From: a virus
Taxonomy: Duplodnaviria > Caudoviricetes
Direction: 5' to 3' (one strand)
Virus record (IMG/VR): IMGVR_UViG_3300013013_000030
Coordinates: 1-26,208 of that record
Length of the DNA: 26,208 bases
Shown here: positions 23,489 through 26,208 of the stretch, piece after piece
How the letters are laid out: the number at the start of each line of letters is the position of its first letter
Position numbering within the stretch: position 1 is the stretch's first letter
Made by a program: the position numbers and the translations under genes
Notes under the pieces: model-generated
What the model saw: only the letters and a program-made list of their open reading frames with translations
Told to the model about the DNA's origin: nothing
Database searches by the model: none

Positions 23489-24050
23489 AGCGCTACCGAG
23501 CATGAAGCCCAAAATGGCGGCACTAGGTATCGTGCAAAGTTGTGCCTCCTGCAACTAAGGGCCGCGCAGCCAAGAGGTTTCGGCTCTGACTTCACCCGCC
23601 CGGGGCGGGGCGGCTTGATCCCGAGTTCACAATCCCGCTCCCGCGTGCCCGATCGGGCGCTGTGGCTACAACTCACTCGCGGTAAAGCTACCGTCCGCCC
23701 GACTGTTGCCCAGATCACACAAATCCGAACTGTCACGCCCTCCGCCCACCTGATTGCGAAGTGCACAAATGCAACATGCGACCGAGCTTTGCCGACGTAT
23801 GTTGTCGACTGTGCCCGGAGCCTAGCGAATCAGCGGACGCGTATCAACGACTATATTCCTACCGCACGCCGGACGGGCTCCCGCCGGCTCCACGGATCGC
23901 GAGCGCCCGGATCGCGCCTTTCACCCCAGCGAGGGCTGGGTTATCCGTCGCCGCCGTAATCGTGCCCGGGCGCATTCAGCGCCGCCCCGCCTCCACCGGC
24001 CCGGACCGATCCGGCTTGGCCGGGACCGGCCCCCGTCGCGCCCGGTCGCG

Positions 24051-24467
24051 CTAGTTGACCACGATCACGAACGCATGGTCGCTGTCGACGAATCCCGCCG
24101 GAATCGGACCGTTCTCGACCCGGAAATCGCTGGTGCTGACCTCGATCGTGTTCAACGGGCAGCGGGTCGGCTGGATGTGATAGGTGACGATGACGTCGTT
24201 CGGGCCGTTGTTGGCCGCGTTCTCGGTCGGGGTCAGGATGGGGAAGATGAAGTTGAGATTGAGATCGGCGCTTCGTCTCGGCTTGATGCAGTAGACTCCC
24301 CGGAAGGCCAGGTTGGCCGGCCGGGTCACCTGGGCGACGCCGCGCGACCTGACGATCGTGCCGTTGGCGTCGATGATCGCCTCAAGTCGCGCATCTGCCG
24401 CCTGGGCCTCGCCGGCGAGCGCCAGGAGGATCGTGCCGCAAACAAGTGCTCTTCTGGTCTTCCACAT
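24051..24467 (-). CDS. Secreted hypothetical beta-rich protein
   Basis: Signal peptide ending AQA/A. Mature part A.I..NG.I....GVA.V.R......GVYCI, with two Cys in the mature region. Confidence 0.7.
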   Translation of the reverse strand: MWKTRRALVCGTILLALAGEAQAADARLEAIIDANGTIVRSRGVAQVTRPANLAFRGVYCIKPRRSADLNLNFIFPILTPTENAANNGPNDVIVTYHIQPTRCPLNTIEVSTSDFRVENGPIPAGFVDSDHAFVIVVN

Positions 24468-24612
24468 TGTATCGCCCCCCTATTCAGGCGCGGGACATCA
24501 CACCCGAGAATAGCTCGCTTGGGAAGCCCTCTTCTTCTCGCGCTCGCCTTCTCTTTTGTGCGGCGGCAAAGAGGGCCGGCTGAACGGCCTGCCTCGTTTC
24601 TTTCGTCCGGGC

Positions 24613-24822
24613 TCAACTTGCCCTTATCTCCCCCGCCCGGCCGAGCAGAAACCGCCGCACGGCATCGTCCGGCGGCAGCAGCCCGGCGCGGCCGACCATC
24701 ACCTTGGCCTGCGCCAGCGCCTGGCTGTAGGCGGCCCGGCTTGCCCAGAACGCCTCCTTGTCCGCCGCCTCGCGCTTGGCGAAGCCGTCCTGCCCCTCGA
24801 AGATCAGAACAGCGTATTGCAT
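24613..24822 (-). pseudogene. Truncated YciI/DGPF-family gene
   Basis: MQYAVLIFE...AY.QAL..A.VMVG..GL.PP is the YciI N-terminal half. The DGP(F/Y)..KE.LGG half is missing. Confidence 0.7.
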
Positions 24823-24921
24823 GGCGTGCCCCTTCTCCGTGGCGATGATGACGGACGGCGATCCCGTCCACCAGCATGAGCCGCGAGCACGGCCGAGTTC
24901 GACAGCGGGGCGGGCGAGCCG

Positions 24922-26208
<1,287 letters not shown>

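Noticed and set aside
23464-24054. ORFs in the spacer between hicA and the secreted protein
   Set aside because: No RBS, motifs or coding-like composition. Left unannotated.

Overview
High-GC alphaproteobacterial (Rhizobiales-like) window. It is dominated by an apparently complete RcGTA-type gene transfer agent head-tail cluster on the minus strand (about 21025 to 1): small and large terminase, portal, two small proteins, prohead protease, HK97 capsid, connector, closure, DUF3168, tail tube, two tail chaperones, short tape measure, TIGR02217, DUF2163, NlpC/P60, megatron, DUF2793 fibre, a small fibre-associated protein and a TIGR02594 candidate lysin. Enolase lies at the far end, and no integrase or replication genes are visible. 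The unusual content is what is layered onto the GTA: (i) a lower-GC three-gene GHKL-ATPase / STAS (DUF4325-like) / membrane-anchored protein cassette plus a SRAP gene inserted between g14 and g15; (ii) a HicA-HicB-SecB-like toxin-antitoxin-chaperone operon upstream; (iii) a 229-bp tandem duplication of the putative GTA promoter; (iv) an antisense suhB/MmgR-like sRNA between terminase and portal; (v) an in-phase -1 slippery site between the tail chaperones; and (vi) heptamer inverted arrays and GC palindromes at many gene junctions, two of them inside coding sequence. All family calls are from motif recognition by eye, not database searches.
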